Made by a program: the position numbers and the translations under genes | The notes under the pieces: generated by a model | What the model was told of the DNA's origin: nothing | Databases searched by the model: none | Seen by the model: only the letters and a program-made list of their open reading frames with translations | Assembly: GCA_902599335.1 (NCBI GenBank) | Contig: CACKFA010000005.1 | Location: forward strand, 39,420 to 103,419 | Length of the DNA stretch: 64,000 bases | Source of the DNA: an uncultured Pelagibacteraceae bacterium | GTDB taxonomy: Bacteria > Pseudomonadota > Alphaproteobacteria > Pelagibacterales > Pelagibacteraceae | Direction of reading: 5' to 3' | In this document: positions 52,793-64,000 of the stretch, piece after piece | How positions within the stretch are numbered: position 1 is the stretch's first letter | How the letters are laid out: each line of letters begins with the position of its first letter

Positions 52793-53725
52793 ATGAAATT
52801 TATTCAATCAAATATCAAAAAAGCAAAAAAATATTTAGATAATAATCATTGTGTTGCGGTGCCAACAGAAACTGTTTATGGGCTGGCTGCAAATGCGTAC
52901 TCTAATAGTGCTGTTAAGAAAATATTTAGTCTTAAAAAAAGACCATTAAACAATCCACTTATTGTTCATTATTATGATATTCATAGACTTAAGGAGGACT
53001 GTGACATCAATGATAATTTAGTAAAACTTTACAAAAAATTTTCTCCAGGCCCGATAACTTATGTTTTGAAATTAAAAAATAACTCAAAAATATCGAAATT
53101 TGTCACTAATAAAAAAAAAAGTATTGCTGTTCGTTTTCCTAATCATAAATTGTTCAGAAATTTATTAAAAAATTTAGATTATCCGGTAGCAGCACCTAGT
53201 GCAAATATATCATCAAGATTAAGCTCGGTTAAACCATCTGATGTAAAAGAAGAATTTGGTTCAAAAATTAAATATATTTTAAATGGAGGAAAAAGTAAAA
53301 TTGGGGTTGAATCCACAATATTAAATCTTTTAGAAAAACCATCACTTTTAAGATATGGAGGCCTTGATACTAAAAAAATTGAAAATGTTTTAAAAAAAAA
53401 ATTATTAATTAATACAAATTCAAAAAAAAAATTATCACCTGGTTTATTTCCGTTACATTACTCACCTGGGATACCTTTAAGAGTCAATGTAAAAAAACCA
53501 AAAAAAGATGAGGCTTATTTATTAATACAAAAAAGAAAATCAAAATTAAAAAACTATTATTATTTATCCAAAATAAAAAATATGAAGGAGGCTGCAAAGA
53601 ATTTATACTCAACTTTAAGAAAAATTAAAAACGATGGTTTTAAAAAAATTGCAGTTGAAACGATACCAAACAAAGGTCTTGGCAAAACAATTAACGATAG
53701 ATTAAAGAGGGCCTCTAAATACTAA
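52793..53725 (+). CDS. tsaC: L-threonylcarbamoyladenylate synthase (Sua5 form)
   Basis: PTETVYGL, KKRPLNNPLIVH, APSANIS, plus C-terminal SUA5 domain. Confidence 0.93.
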   Translation: MKFIQSNIKKAKKYLDNNHCVAVPTETVYGLAANAYSNSAVKKIFSLKKRPLNNPLIVHYYDIHRLKEDCDINDNLVKLYKKFSPGPITYVLKLKNNSKISKFVTNKKKSIAVRFPNHKLFRNLLKNLDYPVAAPSANISSRLSSVKPSDVKEEFGSKIKYILNGGKSKIGVESTILNLLEKPSLLRYGGLDTKKIENVLKKKLLINTNSKKKLSPGLFPLHYSPGIPLRVNVKKPKKDEAYLLIQKRKSKLKNYYYLSKIKNMKEAAKNLYSTLRKIKNDGFKKIAVETIPNKGLGKTINDRLKRASKY

Positions 53726-54447
53726 TGACAAATTCTATTGAAGTAATCAATCTATCAAAAAATTATAAAGATAAAGAAGCAGTAACTAATATAAATTTTA
53801 AAATTAATGAAAATGAAATGGTTGGTTTATTGGGACCTAATGGATGTGGAAAAACTACAACTATTGGAATGATTTTAGGATTATTAAAACCAAGTAGTGG
53901 TAAGGTTTTAATCAACGGAGAGAATATTGAAAAAAATAAAATCTCGCTTCTTCATAAAATGAATTTTATTTCACCATATATTGAATTGCCTAAAAAACTT
54001 AAAGTTGAACAAAATTTAATTGTTTATGGAAAATTATATAACATTCAAAATTTAAATGACCGAATAGATTACCTTGCAAATAAACTTAGATTAAAAGACC
54101 TTTTAAACAAAATTACAGGAGAACTTTCTTCTGGACAAAAAAATAGAGTGAGTCTTGCTAAAGCTTTAATAAATGATCCAACGGTACTTTTGTTGGATGA
54201 ACCCACTGCTTCATTAGATCCTGAAACTGGTGATTTTGTAAGATCATTTTTAGAAGATTACAAAAAGGAAAAAAAAATATCAGTTTTGCTTGCCTCTCAT
54301 AATATGGAAGAAGTAAAAAGATTATGTAGTTCTGTTTTAATGATGAAAGATGGTTTAATAGTGGATAGAGGAACTCCTGAAGAGCTAATAACAAAATATG
54401 GAAGAAGAAATTTAGAGGAAGTATTTTTAGAAATTGCGAGAAAATAA
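53725..54447 (+). CDS. ABC-2 type exporter ATP-binding protein
   Basis: GPNGCGKTT, LSSGQ, LDEPTASLD, SHNM. Confidence 0.9.
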   Translation: MTNSIEVINLSKNYKDKEAVTNINFKINENEMVGLLGPNGCGKTTTIGMILGLLKPSSGKVLINGENIEKNKISLLHKMNFISPYIELPKKLKVEQNLIVYGKLYNIQNLNDRIDYLANKLRLKDLLNKITGELSSGQKNRVSLAKALINDPTVLLLDEPTASLDPETGDFVRSFLEDYKKEKKISVLLASHNMEEVKRLCSSVLMMKDGLIVDRGTPEELITKYGRRNLEEVFLEIARK

Positions 54448-54449
54448 AA

Positions 54450-55241
54450 ATGAATTTAATTAGAATTTATGGTCTTTTTTTAAGACACTTTTATTTAATA
54501 ACTAGATCATTTCCAAGAATATTAGATTTAATTTATTGGCCTTCAATTCAAATTACTCTTTGGGGATTTATTTCTAATTTTTTTGCAGCTCATAGCTCTT
54601 ATTACAGTGGTGCAGTAGGGGTCATTCTTTCATGTGCAATTCTTTATGATTTTTTATTTAGAACTAGTATTGGCTTTAATATGTTGTTTTTGGAGGAAAT
54701 TTGGAGCAGAAATTTCACAAATCTATTTATTGCACCGATGAAAATTAGTGAGATAATTGTCTCTCTAGTTTTTACTGCTTTAATAAGAGCATTAATTGGT
54801 TTGATCCCAGCTATATTATTAACTTCTCCGTTGTTTGGTATATCTTTGCTAAAACTTGGTCTTCCTTTAGCATTTCTTTTCTTAAGTCTGTATTTATTTG
54901 GAATAACACTTGGTCTTTTTGTTTCAGCAGGATTGTTAAGATTTGGACCATCTTTTGAGAATATTGCATGGTCTACCATGTTTTTATTAGCACCTTTCGG
55001 CTGTATTTACTATCCAGTTGAAACACTGCCAGGAATCTTCCAATCAATCGCTTTCGCACTTCCATTAGTTTATATTTTTGAAGAGACTAGAAATATCTTG
55101 GTCAATGGAATGGTAAATTATGAAAATATCATTAATGCAATCTATCTGAACGGGTTTTATTTAATTTTGTCTATATTTGTATTTTATTACTCTTTTGACA
55201 AAGCAAGAGATAAAGGAACTTTAATAAATATAGGTGAATAA
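54450..55241 (+). CDS. ABC-2 type exporter permease
   Basis: Six-TM ABC-2 pattern, YYPVETLP. Confidence 0.85.
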   Translation: MNLIRIYGLFLRHFYLITRSFPRILDLIYWPSIQITLWGFISNFFAAHSSYYSGAVGVILSCAILYDFLFRTSIGFNMLFLEEIWSRNFTNLFIAPMKISEIIVSLVFTALIRALIGLIPAILLTSPLFGISLLKLGLPLAFLFLSLYLFGITLGLFVSAGLLRFGPSFENIAWSTMFLLAPFGCIYYPVETLPGIFQSIAFALPLVYIFEETRNILVNGMVNYENIINAIYLNGFYLILSIFVFYYSFDKARDKGTLINIGE

Positions 55242-55243
55242 AC

Positions 55244-55320
55244 TGGTGCGCCTGCTAGGAGTCGAACCCAGAACCTCCTGATCCGAAGTCAGGCGCTCTA
55301 TCCAGTTGAGCTACAAGCGC
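55244..55320 (-). tRNA. tRNA-Arg (anticodon TCG), CCA encoded
   Basis: GCGCTTG acceptor stem, CCTGA-CTTCGGA-TCAGG anticodon arm, GGTTCGACTCC T arm, ACCA end; 77 nt. Confidence 0.97.
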
Positions 55321-55343
55321 ATATAGTATTAATATTATATTTT

Positions 55344-56324
55344 ATGGAAAAAAACATTAATTTTATAGTCAAAGAGAATGAGAAGAATTTAAGGGTTGAT
55401 GTCTTAATTAATAAAAGAGAGGAATTAATTAGTAGAACTAGAATTAAAAATTTAATTTTAAAAGAAAAGTTAACACTAAATAATGAAATAATTAAAAGTC
55501 CGTCAAAAAAAGTCTCAATTGGTGATACTATAAATCTTAAGATTCCAGAGCCTGAAATAGCATCTCTTAAACCTTACGAATTTAAATTAGAAATAATATA
55601 CGAAGATGATGATCTATTAGTAATTAATAAACCTGCTGGAATAATCATGCATCCAGGAGCTGGAAATTATGATAAAACAATTGTCAATGCATTGATGCAT
55701 TATGATAAAGATTCTTTATCAAATATAGGTGACGAGTTAAGACCTGGTATTGTTCATAGAATTGATAAAAACACATCTGGTTTAGTTGTAATTGCAAAAA
55801 ACAATGAAACTCATGAAAATTTATCAAAACAATTTAGTGATCATACAATTATAAGAGAGTACCAACTTTTAATATGGGGAAAATTAAGACCCTCCTCGGG
55901 AAGGATTGAAACATTTATAACTCGTAGTTCAAAAAATAGACAACTAATGGAAGTTAGTAGTTCTAAAGGAAAGAAAGCTATAACAAATTATAAAACAATT
56001 GAAATTTTTGAAAATCAAAAAACACCAACTTTAAGTTTAGTTGAATGTAAATTAGAAACAGGAAGAACACATCAGATAAGAGTTCATATGAACTTTAAAG
56101 GTAATAGTCTAGTTGGAGATGACAAATATAAAAAAAAATATAAAAAATTAAAAAATATTGATGTTGATGTACAAAATTCAATTACTAAATTAAATAGACA
56201 ATTTCTGCATGCAAAAACTTTAGGATTTATACATCCACGTACTAAGAAAGAGATGATTTTTTCCTCACTTTTGCCACAAGATCTAAATAATATTCTAAAA
56301 ATGCTTAGAAACACTGAAGAATAA
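55344..56324 (+). CDS. rluD: RluD-family 23S rRNA pseudouridine synthase
   Basis: S4 domain, VHRIDKNTSG, TGRTHQIR, LHAKTLGF. Confidence 0.92.
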   Translation: MEKNINFIVKENEKNLRVDVLINKREELISRTRIKNLILKEKLTLNNEIIKSPSKKVSIGDTINLKIPEPEIASLKPYEFKLEIIYEDDDLLVINKPAGIIMHPGAGNYDKTIVNALMHYDKDSLSNIGDELRPGIVHRIDKNTSGLVVIAKNNETHENLSKQFSDHTIIREYQLLIWGKLRPSSGRIETFITRSSKNRQLMEVSSSKGKKAITNYKTIEIFENQKTPTLSLVECKLETGRTHQIRVHMNFKGNSLVGDDKYKKKYKKLKNIDVDVQNSITKLNRQFLHAKTLGFIHPRTKKEMIFSSLLPQDLNNILKMLRNTEE

Positions 56325-56365
56325 ATTATTGAAAATTAGGTATAATTAATTAAATAAACATCCTT

Positions 56366-57259
56366 ATGAGCACAACAATGAGCAACAATCTGCCAACCCT
56401 TTCTAATGAAGGTGGACTGTCTGCATATTTAGAGCAGATTAAAAAATTTCCGATGTTAGCTGCAGAAGAGGAATATATGCTAGCAAAAAACTGGAAAACG
56501 ACTGGTGATATTAAAGCTGCAGAAAAACTAGTGACTAGTCACTTAAGATTAGTTGCAAAGATTGCCATGGGCTACAAAGGATATGGTTTGCCTATTAATG
56601 AAATGATTTCAGAGGGAAATGTAGGTCTTATGCAAGCTGTTAAGAAATTTGAACCAGAAAAAGGTTTTAGATTGGCAACTTATGCAATGTGGTGGATTAA
56701 GGCTTCTATTCAAGAATATATTTTAAGATCTTGGAGTCTTGTCAAAATTGGAACTACTACTGCTCAAAAAAAATTATTTTTTAATCTAAAGAAAATTAAA
56801 AATCAAATTTCTCCTGAAACTGAAGGTGATTTAAGAGATGAACACGTTGATCATATATCTAATAAGCTCGATGTAAGTAAAGAAGAAGTCATTTCAATGA
56901 ATAGAAGACTTTCTGGAAAGGAGTTCTCGCTAAATGCTCAAATTGGGGAAGATGGCGATGAATGGCAAGACTGGTTGGTTGATAAAGAACTTGATCATGA
57001 CTTAAAATTTGCTCACCACGAGGAAATGGAACAAAGAAAAGATTTATTAAGAGACTCTATTAAAGTTCTTAACGATAGAGAAAGAGAAATTTTATACTCA
57101 AGAAGACTAAATGATGACCCAACTACACTAGAAGATTTAAGTAAAAAATATAAAATTAGCAGAGAAAGAGTTAGACAAATAGAAAATAAAGCATTTGAAA
57201 AACTCCAAAAGCACATGCTTCTATTAGCTAAATCAAAAAATCTTTTACCAGCAAACTAA
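56366..57259 (+). CDS. rpoH: Heat-shock sigma factor sigma-32
   Basis: RpoH box [29 protein letters not shown]. Start may be 56378. Confidence 0.95.
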   Translation: MSTTMSNNLPTLSNEGGLSAYLEQIKKFPMLAAEEEYMLAKNWKTTGDIKAAEKLVTSHLRLVAKIAMGYKGYGLPINEMISEGNVGLMQAVKKFEPEKGFRLATYAMWWIKASIQEYILRSWSLVKIGTTTAQKKLFFNLKKIKNQISPETEGDLRDEHVDHISNKLDVSKEEVISMNRRLSGKEFSLNAQIGEDGDEWQDWLVDKELDHDLKFAHHEEMEQRKDLLRDSIKVLNDREREILYSRRLNDDPTTLEDLSKKYKISRERVRQIENKAFEKLQKHMLLLAKSKNLLPAN

Positions 57260-58548
57260 ACTTCAAAAGGATTTTCAATTAAAATAGTATCATCTCTTTC
57301 TGGACTAGTTGAGATACTTGATACTTTTGCACCAATAAAATCTTCAACAGCAAAAATATATTTTTTTGCATTTTCAGGTAATGAGTCCAGATTTTTAATT
57401 CCATTTGTAGAAACTTTCCAACCTGGAAAAGTTTCATAAATTGGTTTTATTTTTATTTGATCTTCTACAGCAGCAGGTAAATAATCTAATCTTTTACCAT
57501 CAAGCTCATAAGCAACACACATTTTAATTTCATCTAATTCATCGAGCACATCTAATTTCGTTAAAGCGATACCATCAATCCCTGAAACTTTAATAGTTTG
57601 CCTTACCAAAACACCGTCAAACCATCCGCATCTTCTTTTTCTACTTGTAACAGTTCCAAATTCTTTTCCACGTGTTCCTAAAAGTTCACCAACATCATCT
57701 GTTAACTCTGTAGGAAAAGGACCTTCCCCAACTCTTGTTGTATAAGCTTTTGTAATTCCAAGAACAAAATTAATCGAATTAGGGCCACAACCAGTTCCTG
57801 TAGCTGCGCTTGATGCAACAGTATTAGATGAAGTTACAAAAGGATAAGTTCCATGATCTACATCAAGTAAAATACCTTGGGCTCCTTCAAATAAAATTCT
57901 CTTTTTTTGTTTTTTAAATTGATCAATCTTTAGCCAAACTGGCTGTGAAAATTCCAATATTTTAGGTGCTATTTTAAGTAAATCAGATTTAAGCTCATCT
58001 TTTTCAAAAATTTTTTTTCCTAGGCCTTTTCTTATTGCATTATGATGAACTAGTACAGAGTCGAGTCTTTGATCTAAATTTTTTTCACATCTTAGATCCA
58101 TAACTCTTATAGATCTTCTTCCAACTTTATCTTCATATGCTGGTCCAATTCCACGTCTTGTAGTACCTATTTTGCTTTTTCCTGCTGCATCCTCTCTAAT
58201 CTCATCCATTTCTCTATGAAAAGGCAAAATTAAATTTGCGGACTCCGAAATAATAAAATTATTTACATTTACTTCTACACCTTTAGATTTTATTTCTTCT
58301 ATTTCCTCTAATAAAGCCCATGGATCTACAACAACTCCGTTGCCAATAATTGATATTTTGCCTTTTCTAACTATTCCAGATGGCAATAATCTCAATTTAT
58401 ATGTAACACCATCAATCACTAAAGTATGGCCGGCATTATGACCTCCTTGAAATCTTATTACTACATCAGCCTGTTCAGATAACCAATCAACAATTTTTCC
58501 TTTACCTTCGTCACCCCATTGAGATCCAACAACGACTATATTTTTCAT
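57256..58548 (-). CDS. purA: Adenylosuccinate synthetase
   Basis: [22 protein letters not shown]. Confidence 0.97.
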   Translation of the reverse strand: MKNIVVVGSQWGDEGKGKIVDWLSEQADVVIRFQGGHNAGHTLVIDGVTYKLRLLPSGIVRKGKISIIGNGVVVDPWALLEEIEEIKSKGVEVNVNNFIISESANLILPFHREMDEIREDAAGKSKIGTTRRGIGPAYEDKVGRRSIRVMDLRCEKNLDQRLDSVLVHHNAIRKGLGKKIFEKDELKSDLLKIAPKILEFSQPVWLKIDQFKKQKKRILFEGAQGILLDVDHGTYPFVTSSNTVASSAATGTGCGPNSINFVLGITKAYTTRVGEGPFPTELTDDVGELLGTRGKEFGTVTSRKRRCGWFDGVLVRQTIKVSGIDGIALTKLDVLDELDEIKMCVAYELDGKRLDYLPAAVEDQIKIKPIYETFPGWKVSTNGIKNLDSLPENAKKYIFAVEDFIGAKVSSISTSPERDDTILIENPFEV

Positions 58549-59360
58549 TATTTAAATTTTCTGTTTACTTTTAAGGAAGTGAGATGGTTAATTGGGCCAT
58601 GACCTTTTCCATATTTCGGGTTTGATTTAATTGCAGAATTTACATACTTAATTCCTAGCTCACAAGATTTCTTTACTGTTTTTCCACATGATAAAAAAGT
58701 TGTAACTGAGCTAGATAATGTACAACCTGTACCATGGGTATTCTTTGTTTTGTGACGCTCACTTTTGAAGATCTTTATGTCTTTTTTGTTTATTAAAATA
58801 TCTATTACATTTTTATGTTTTAAATGACCACCTTTTATAAGTACATTTTTGGCTCCTAATCCAATAAGTTTATTAGCAGCAAAAATCATATCCTCTTTTG
58901 TTATGATTGTTGTTTTAGTCAAAATTTCTGCCTCTGGGATATTGGGGGTAATAAGTGATACTTTTTTAATTAATTTTAATTTTAATAATTGAATAGCTTT
59001 ACTATCTATAAGTTTAGTCCCTCCTTTAGCAACCATAACTGGATCTAATACGATTTTTTTAAATTTAATTACATCCAGAGCTTTCAATACCATTTTAATA
59101 ACCTCTGAAGAATGTAACATACCAATTTTTATTGCATCAGGTCTTATATCTTTGCAACTATAAATGATTTGATTAAAAATTTCTTTAGGATTAATTCCAA
59201 CAATTGATTTTACACCTGTGGTATTTTGAGAAGTGACTGCTGTTATTGTAGTCATTGCATATGAGCCAAGAGCAGTAACAGTTTTTATATCAGCTTGAAT
59301 ACCTGCTCCACCAGATGAATCGGATCCTGCAATTATTAAAATTTTAGACTTTGGTTTCAA
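58548..59360 (-). CDS. thiD: Hydroxymethylpyrimidine/phosphomethylpyrimidine kinase
   Basis: [26 protein letters not shown]. Confidence 0.93.
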   Translation of the reverse strand: MKPKSKILIIAGSDSSGGAGIQADIKTVTALGSYAMTTITAVTSQNTTGVKSIVGINPKEIFNQIIYSCKDIRPDAIKIGMLHSSEVIKMVLKALDVIKFKKIVLDPVMVAKGGTKLIDSKAIQLLKLKLIKKVSLITPNIPEAEILTKTTIITKEDMIFAANKLIGLGAKNVLIKGGHLKHKNVIDILINKKDIKIFKSERHKTKNTHGTGCTLSSSVTTFLSCGKTVKKSCELGIKYVNSAIKSNPKYGKGHGPINHLTSLKVNRKFK

Positions 59361-59361
59361 T

Positions 59362-60693
59362 TTATTTAATTTTTTTCGTAATCATGTTCACACATTTATA
59401 TAGTAGATCTTTGTTTTCACTTTCTCCCATTACTCTTATTTTAGATTCTGTTCCTGATTTTCTTACTAAAATTCTTCCATTACCTTTGATTAATTTATCT
59501 GCATTTTTTATAATTTTTTTTATCTCTGGTTTGTTAATAATATTTTTATCTTTTACTTCGATATTTTCTAAGAGCTGAGGTGTTTTCTTAAATTGTTCAA
59601 AAAATTCGCTTGCCTTTTTTCCTTTTCTTAAAGCAAAAAGAGCTTCTAAAGCTACTAACAAACCATCTCCTGTAGTTGCAAATTTACCTAAGATAATATG
59701 TCCTGATTGTTCACCACCTAAATTAAAATTATATTTTTGCATTTTTTCTTTAACATATCTGTCTCCAACATTTGCTCTTAAAAATTTGATTCCTATTAAT
59801 TTAAAATATTTTTCTAAACCATAATTTGACATTAATGTTCCAACAACTCCTCCTTTTAACATTTTTTTATTTTTCCATCTTGTTGCTAAAGCGGCAATAA
59901 TTTGATCTCCATCTATTATATTGCTTTTCTCATCACACATAATAATTCTATCAGCATCTCCGTCTAAAGATATTCCTATATGAGCTTTATATTTTTTTAC
60001 AGCAGACCTTATATTTCTTGGAAAAGTTGACCCACATTTTTTATTAATATTTAAACCATTTGGTTTAATACCTATTGCTATCACTTTAGCTCCTAATGAT
60101 TTCAATAATTCAGGGCCTGCCTTATAACCAGCACCGTTTGCACAGTCGATTACTATTCTTAGTCCTCTTAAATTGAACTCTTTTGTGAAATTTTTTTTTA
60201 ATATTTTAATATAATTTTTGGTGCCTGTTTCTAATCTTTTAACTCTTCCTAATTTTTCAGAATGTGAGAGATTTTTTGAGATTTTCTTATCTATGAGGCT
60301 CTCAATTTTTTTTTCTATTTTATCTGATAATTTCATTCCATCAGGACCAAACAATTTTAAACCGTTGTCAAAATGTGGATTATGAGAAGCGGTAATCATT
60401 ATACCCATATTTGCCTTCATCTCTTTTGTTAACATTGCCAACCCATTAGTTGGTAGGGGTCCTAAGGTGTAAACATGCATACCAGCTGAAGTCAAACCTG
60501 AGACAAGAGCTGGTTCAAGTGTATATCCAGACAATCTCGTATCTTTTGCAATTATTGCCGTTTGTTTTCTTTTTTTTTGAGATTTAAAGTATGTTCCACT
60601 AGCAAGTCCAAATTTAAAGAACATATCTCCATTTATATATTTGCTATTAACTGCTCCTCTTATTCCATCTGTTCCAAAATATTTTTTTGCCAT
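59362..60693 (-). CDS. glmM: Phosphoglucosamine mutase
   Basis: FGTDGIRG, TASHNP, DGDADR, GEQSGH. Confidence 0.96.
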   Translation of the reverse strand: MAKKYFGTDGIRGAVNSKYINGDMFFKFGLASGTYFKSQKKRKQTAIIAKDTRLSGYTLEPALVSGLTSAGMHVYTLGPLPTNGLAMLTKEMKANMGIMITASHNPHFDNGLKLFGPDGMKLSDKIEKKIESLIDKKISKNLSHSEKLGRVKRLETGTKNYIKILKKNFTKEFNLRGLRIVIDCANGAGYKAGPELLKSLGAKVIAIGIKPNGLNINKKCGSTFPRNIRSAVKKYKAHIGISLDGDADRIIMCDEKSNIIDGDQIIAALATRWKNKKMLKGGVVGTLMSNYGLEKYFKLIGIKFLRANVGDRYVKEKMQKYNFNLGGEQSGHIILGKFATTGDGLLVALEALFALRKGKKASEFFEQFKKTPQLLENIEVKDKNIINKPEIKKIIKNADKLIKGNGRILVRKSGTESKIRVMGESENKDLLYKCVNMITKKIK

Positions 60694-61745
60694 TAATTTT
60701 TGATTATTTGATTAAAAACTTTAATACCTTGCATAACTTCATTAACATCATGAATTCTTAAAATCTGAATTCCTTGCATCATTAAATAAATTGAGGAGGC
60801 CATAGTTCCACCAATCCTTGTTTTGCTATCATTTTTTTTTGATATATCTTTAATAAATCTTTTTCTTGAATTTCCTACTAGTATAGGAAAACCTAATGAA
60901 TGAAAAATAGAAACATCTCTTATAAGATTCATATTATGTTTCAAATTTTTTCCAAATCCAATTCCAGGATCTAAAATTATATTATTGTGTTTAATACCTT
61001 TAGACCTTATTAACTTAATCTTATCTTCAAAATAATCATATATATCTAATAATTCATTTTTATATACTGGATTCTTTTGCATATTTTCTGGTGTCCCAAC
61101 TGAATGCTGTATTACAAATGGAATTTTATACTTTTTTAAAACATTTATTGTTTTAGGATCATGGCTTAATCCCGAAACATCATTAATAAGTTTAACCCCC
61201 ATTCTAATACCATTTTCCATAATTGCAGATTTTCTTGTGTCTAAAGATATTGGTATTTTTTTTACAATTAATTTTAATGTCTTATCAATTCTATACCATT
61301 CTCGATTTTCATTTACTTCCTTCGATCCTGGTCTTGTAGACTCTCCACCAACATCTACTAACGAGGCACCAGTTTTATATAAATTGATAGCATGACTGAC
61401 ACCTTTATTTTTTTTATTAAATTTTCCTCCATCGGAAAAACTATCAGGAGTTAGATTTAAAACACCCAATATGTTTGGAATTTTTTTAAAATTTAAATTT
61501 GAAAAATTTGATTTTTTTGACCTAATTTTTTTTAAATCTGAATTTATTTTTATTTTTAGTTTTTTTGGTAAATTCCTAATTTTATTTGTTGAAATTTTTC
61601 TAGTTTTTTTTCTTGTAATTATCTCAACATGGTCAAAAGATATTTCTTTAATCTGATGTAAAGGAATAGATTGTTTTTTATTTACTAAAATTTTTGATTG
61701 TTTGCCAAAGTAGAAATTACACGCTCTTGTGTAATATCTTGGCAT
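60693..61745 (-). CDS. folP: Dihydropteroate synthase with N-terminal extension
   Basis: NLTPDSFSDGG, GGESTRPG, DPGIGFGK, SRK. Confidence 0.95.
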   Translation of the reverse strand: MPRYYTRACNFYFGKQSKILVNKKQSIPLHQIKEISFDHVEIITRKKTRKISTNKIRNLPKKLKIKINSDLKKIRSKKSNFSNLNFKKIPNILGVLNLTPDSFSDGGKFNKKNKGVSHAINLYKTGASLVDVGGESTRPGSKEVNENREWYRIDKTLKLIVKKIPISLDTRKSAIMENGIRMGVKLINDVSGLSHDPKTINVLKKYKIPFVIQHSVGTPENMQKNPVYKNELLDIYDYFEDKIKLIRSKGIKHNNIILDPGIGFGKNLKHNMNLIRDVSIFHSLGFPILVGNSRKRFIKDISKKNDSKTRIGGTMASSIYLMMQGIQILRIHDVNEVMQGIKVFNQIIKN

Positions 61746-61751
61746 TATTTA

Positions 61752-63659
61752 TTAATGAACAATTTTTGGTTTCAAACCCATCGCACCCAAAGCTGAGTCT
61801 TGATCATCTTTTGATTCTGGATTATCTAAAATTTTATCTTTAGGATATAAATTTTTATTAATTATATTCTCTATTTCTTCACCAGTTAAGGTCTCATAAG
61901 TTATTAGAGCTTTTGCAATTTTATGTAGATCATCTATTTTTTCTGTTAAGATTTCCTTTGCTTTATTATATCCTTCATCTACAAGCTTTCTTATTTCTTT
62001 ATCAATTTTCTGAGCAACTTCCTCTGATACCGATTGAGTTTGAGTAACTGATCTTCCCAAAAACACTTCTTCTTGGTTTTCCCCATATTCAACTGGACCC
62101 ATTTCTTCACTCATTCCATATTTTGTTACCATTGCTCTTGCAAGCTGTGTAGCCTGGTTAATATCAGAACCATTTCCTCCACCTGCTCCTGTAGATATAT
62201 TATCTTTTCCAAAAATTAATTCTTCAGCCACTCTTCCTCCAAAACAAACAGCTAGTCTCGCTTTAAGATATTTTATTGAGTAACCATGTTTGTCTCTTTC
62301 AGGTAAGTTCATTACCATTCCAAGAGCTCTTCCTCTTGGTATAATAGTAGCTTTATGAATTGGATCATAACTTGGCATATTAAACGACACTAGAGCATGT
62401 CCACCTTCATGGTATGCAGTTAGTTTTTTCTCATCTTCTGTCATGACCATTGAACGTCTTTCAGCACCCATCATAACTTTATCTTTTGCTTCCTCAAATT
62501 CTAGTAATGTGACTATCCTCTTATTTTTTCTCGCTGCTAACAAAGCTGCTTCATTAACTATATTTGCAAGATCAGCTCCTGAAAATCCTGGCGTACCTCT
62601 TGCTATTGTTCTTAAATTAACATCTGGCGCCATTTTTATTTTTTTTACATGAACTTTTAAAATTTTTTCTCTTCCTATAATATCTGGGTTTGAAACTACT
62701 ACCTGTCTATCAAACCTTCCTGGTCTTAATAAAGCTGGATCGAGCACATCTGGTCTGTTTGTAGCGGCTATAATTATGACACCTTCATTTGTATCAAAAC
62801 CATCCATTTCAACTAACAACTGGTTTAAAGTTTGTTCTCTCTCATCATTTCCACCTCCTAGACCTGCCCCTCTACTTCTTCCAACAGCATCTATCTCATC
62901 TATAAAAATAATACATGGAGAATTTTTTTTACCTTGTTCAAACATGTCTCTTACTCTAGATGCTCCTACCCCAACGAACATCTCAACAAAATCAGAACCC
63001 GAAATAGTAAAAAACGGAACACCTGCTTCGCCCGCAATTGCCCTCGCTAATAAAGTTTTACCAGTTCCCGGTGGTCCAACAAGTAAAGCTCCTCTTGGAA
63101 TTTTACCACCTAACCTACTAAATTTTTTTGGGTCTTTTAGGAACTCTACCATTTCCTCTACTTCTTCTTTAGCTTCCTCTACACCAGCAACATCATTAAA
63201 AGTAACCTTTCCTTTTAATTCATTCATCATTTTAGCTTTTGATTTTCCAAATCCCATTGCCCCACCTTTGCCACCTTGCATTTGTCTCATAAAGAAAATC
63301 CATACTGCAATAAGCAATAACATAGGAAACCATGATAAGAGCACACCAAACAACGAAGGCATTTTTTCCTCTAGAGGTGCTGCTGAAATACTTACACCTT
63401 TTTCTGATAATTTTTCTATAAGATTTGGATCATTAGGAGCATAAGTTGAAAAAGAACTTCCATTTGAATAAACACCTTTAATGTTATTTCCTTGGATCTC
63501 AACTTTTAGAACCTCGCCTTTTTCAACTGAATTTAAAAAATCTGAAAATATAATTTGATTTCCACCTCTAATATTAGACTGAGGATTTTTAAACATGTTA
63601 TAAAGACCTATAGTTAAAAAAACTATAATTCCCCACAAAGCGAGATTTTTTAAATTCAT
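61752..63659 (-). CDS. ftsH: ATP-dependent zinc metalloprotease FtsH
   Basis: [20 protein letters not shown]. Confidence 0.97.
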   Translation of the reverse strand: MNLKNLALWGIIVFLTIGLYNMFKNPQSNIRGGNQIIFSDFLNSVEKGEVLKVEIQGNNIKGVYSNGSSFSTYAPNDPNLIEKLSEKGVSISAAPLEEKMPSLFGVLLSWFPMLLLIAVWIFFMRQMQGGKGGAMGFGKSKAKMMNELKGKVTFNDVAGVEEAKEEVEEMVEFLKDPKKFSRLGGKIPRGALLVGPPGTGKTLLARAIAGEAGVPFFTISGSDFVEMFVGVGASRVRDMFEQGKKNSPCIIFIDEIDAVGRSRGAGLGGGNDEREQTLNQLLVEMDGFDTNEGVIIIAATNRPDVLDPALLRPGRFDRQVVVSNPDIIGREKILKVHVKKIKMAPDVNLRTIARGTPGFSGADLANIVNEAALLAARKNKRIVTLLEFEEAKDKVMMGAERRSMVMTEDEKKLTAYHEGGHALVSFNMPSYDPIHKATIIPRGRALGMVMNLPERDKHGYSIKYLKARLAVCFGGRVAEELIFGKDNISTGAGGGNGSDINQATQLARAMVTKYGMSEEMGPVEYGENQEEVFLGRSVTQTQSVSEEVAQKIDKEIRKLVDEGYNKAKEILTEKIDDLHKIAKALITYETLTGEEIENIINKNLYPKDKILDNPESKDDQDSALGAMGLKPKIVH

Positions 63660-63666
63660 AGGTTTA

Positions 63667-63694
63667 AAATAAGAATTATTATTAAATTAACAAG
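63667..63694 (-). promoter_or_regulatory. Candidate RpoH-type promoter of ftsH
   Basis: CTTG-N17-CTTATTT, 7 nt before the ATG. Confidence 0.5.
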
Positions 63695-63722
63695 TGACAA
63701 AATATCAGTTATTTCATCAACT

Positions 63723-64000
63723 TTAACGCTCTTTTGATACTATAATTGAGTTATTTACCTTCTTTATTAGACAATTTCCTAAAGTAGTCTTAAATGAGTT
63801 ATCTTTTTTAATTTGATAAATTAATTTGTCAATTTTTTTTCCTCTTACTGGATAGTATTTTTTACCAACACTTTTTAATACTTCTGTTAGAGACCTAAAA
63901 ACTACTTCTTCTGGTTGAAGAAAAAAATTTTTATCCAAAATAACAAACTTATTTAAATTTGAAATCGTTGAATTGTCTTTTAAATTTTTTTCTACAAAGT
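63723..64000 (-). CDS. tilS: Probable tRNA(Ile)-lysidine synthetase, C-terminal part (5' end outside window)
   Basis: Frame is open to the window edge. Assignment rests mainly on the conserved tilS-ftsH adjacency; catalytic motifs are not in the window. Confidence 0.65.
   Translation of the reverse strand, partial: FVEKNLKDNSTISNLNKFVILDKNFFLQPEEVVFRSLTEVLKSVGKKYYPVRGKKIDKLIYQIKKDNSFKTTLGNCLIKKVNNSIIVSKER

Noticed and set aside
60693-61745. About 85-aa N-terminal extension on FolP
   Set aside because: Such extensions are common in alphaproteobacterial DHPS; nothing here marks it as a separate domain.
62776-63444. 222-aa + strand ORF
   Set aside because: Antisense shadow of the conserved ftsH AAA domain; no RBS or family motif.

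Overview
A very A+T-rich, tightly packed alphaproteobacterial chromosome segment. Gene content, minimal intergenic spacing and a two-piece tmRNA point to Pelagibacterales (SAR11); this is an inference from sequence character. About 55 kb is core: glaH and a Liv-type ABC transporter, mre/mrd, leuA/ilv, a Dpp-type ABC transporter, hflKC-degP, thyX, ppdK, glyQS, isoprenoid genes, aroC, rpoH, purA, glmM, folP, ftsH and tilS. The accessory part is centred on the permuted ssrA gene (about 34.5-40.5 kb). Downstream of ssrA is a 2.26-kb integrase-less island bounded by a perfect 27-bp direct repeat of the ssrA 3' end (39 bp with 4 mismatches). It has GACGAC arm-type repeats just inside both ends and carries a seven-gene operon of small secreted Cys-rich or membrane proteins, including two paralogous families arranged B-A-B-A. 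Upstream of ssrA is a 2.7-kb GT-C glycosyltransferase + epimerase cassette bounded by a 13-bp direct repeat. A structured leader with a possible Leu-rich uORF precedes the LysE/RhtB exporter, and the one tRNA is Arg(UCG).
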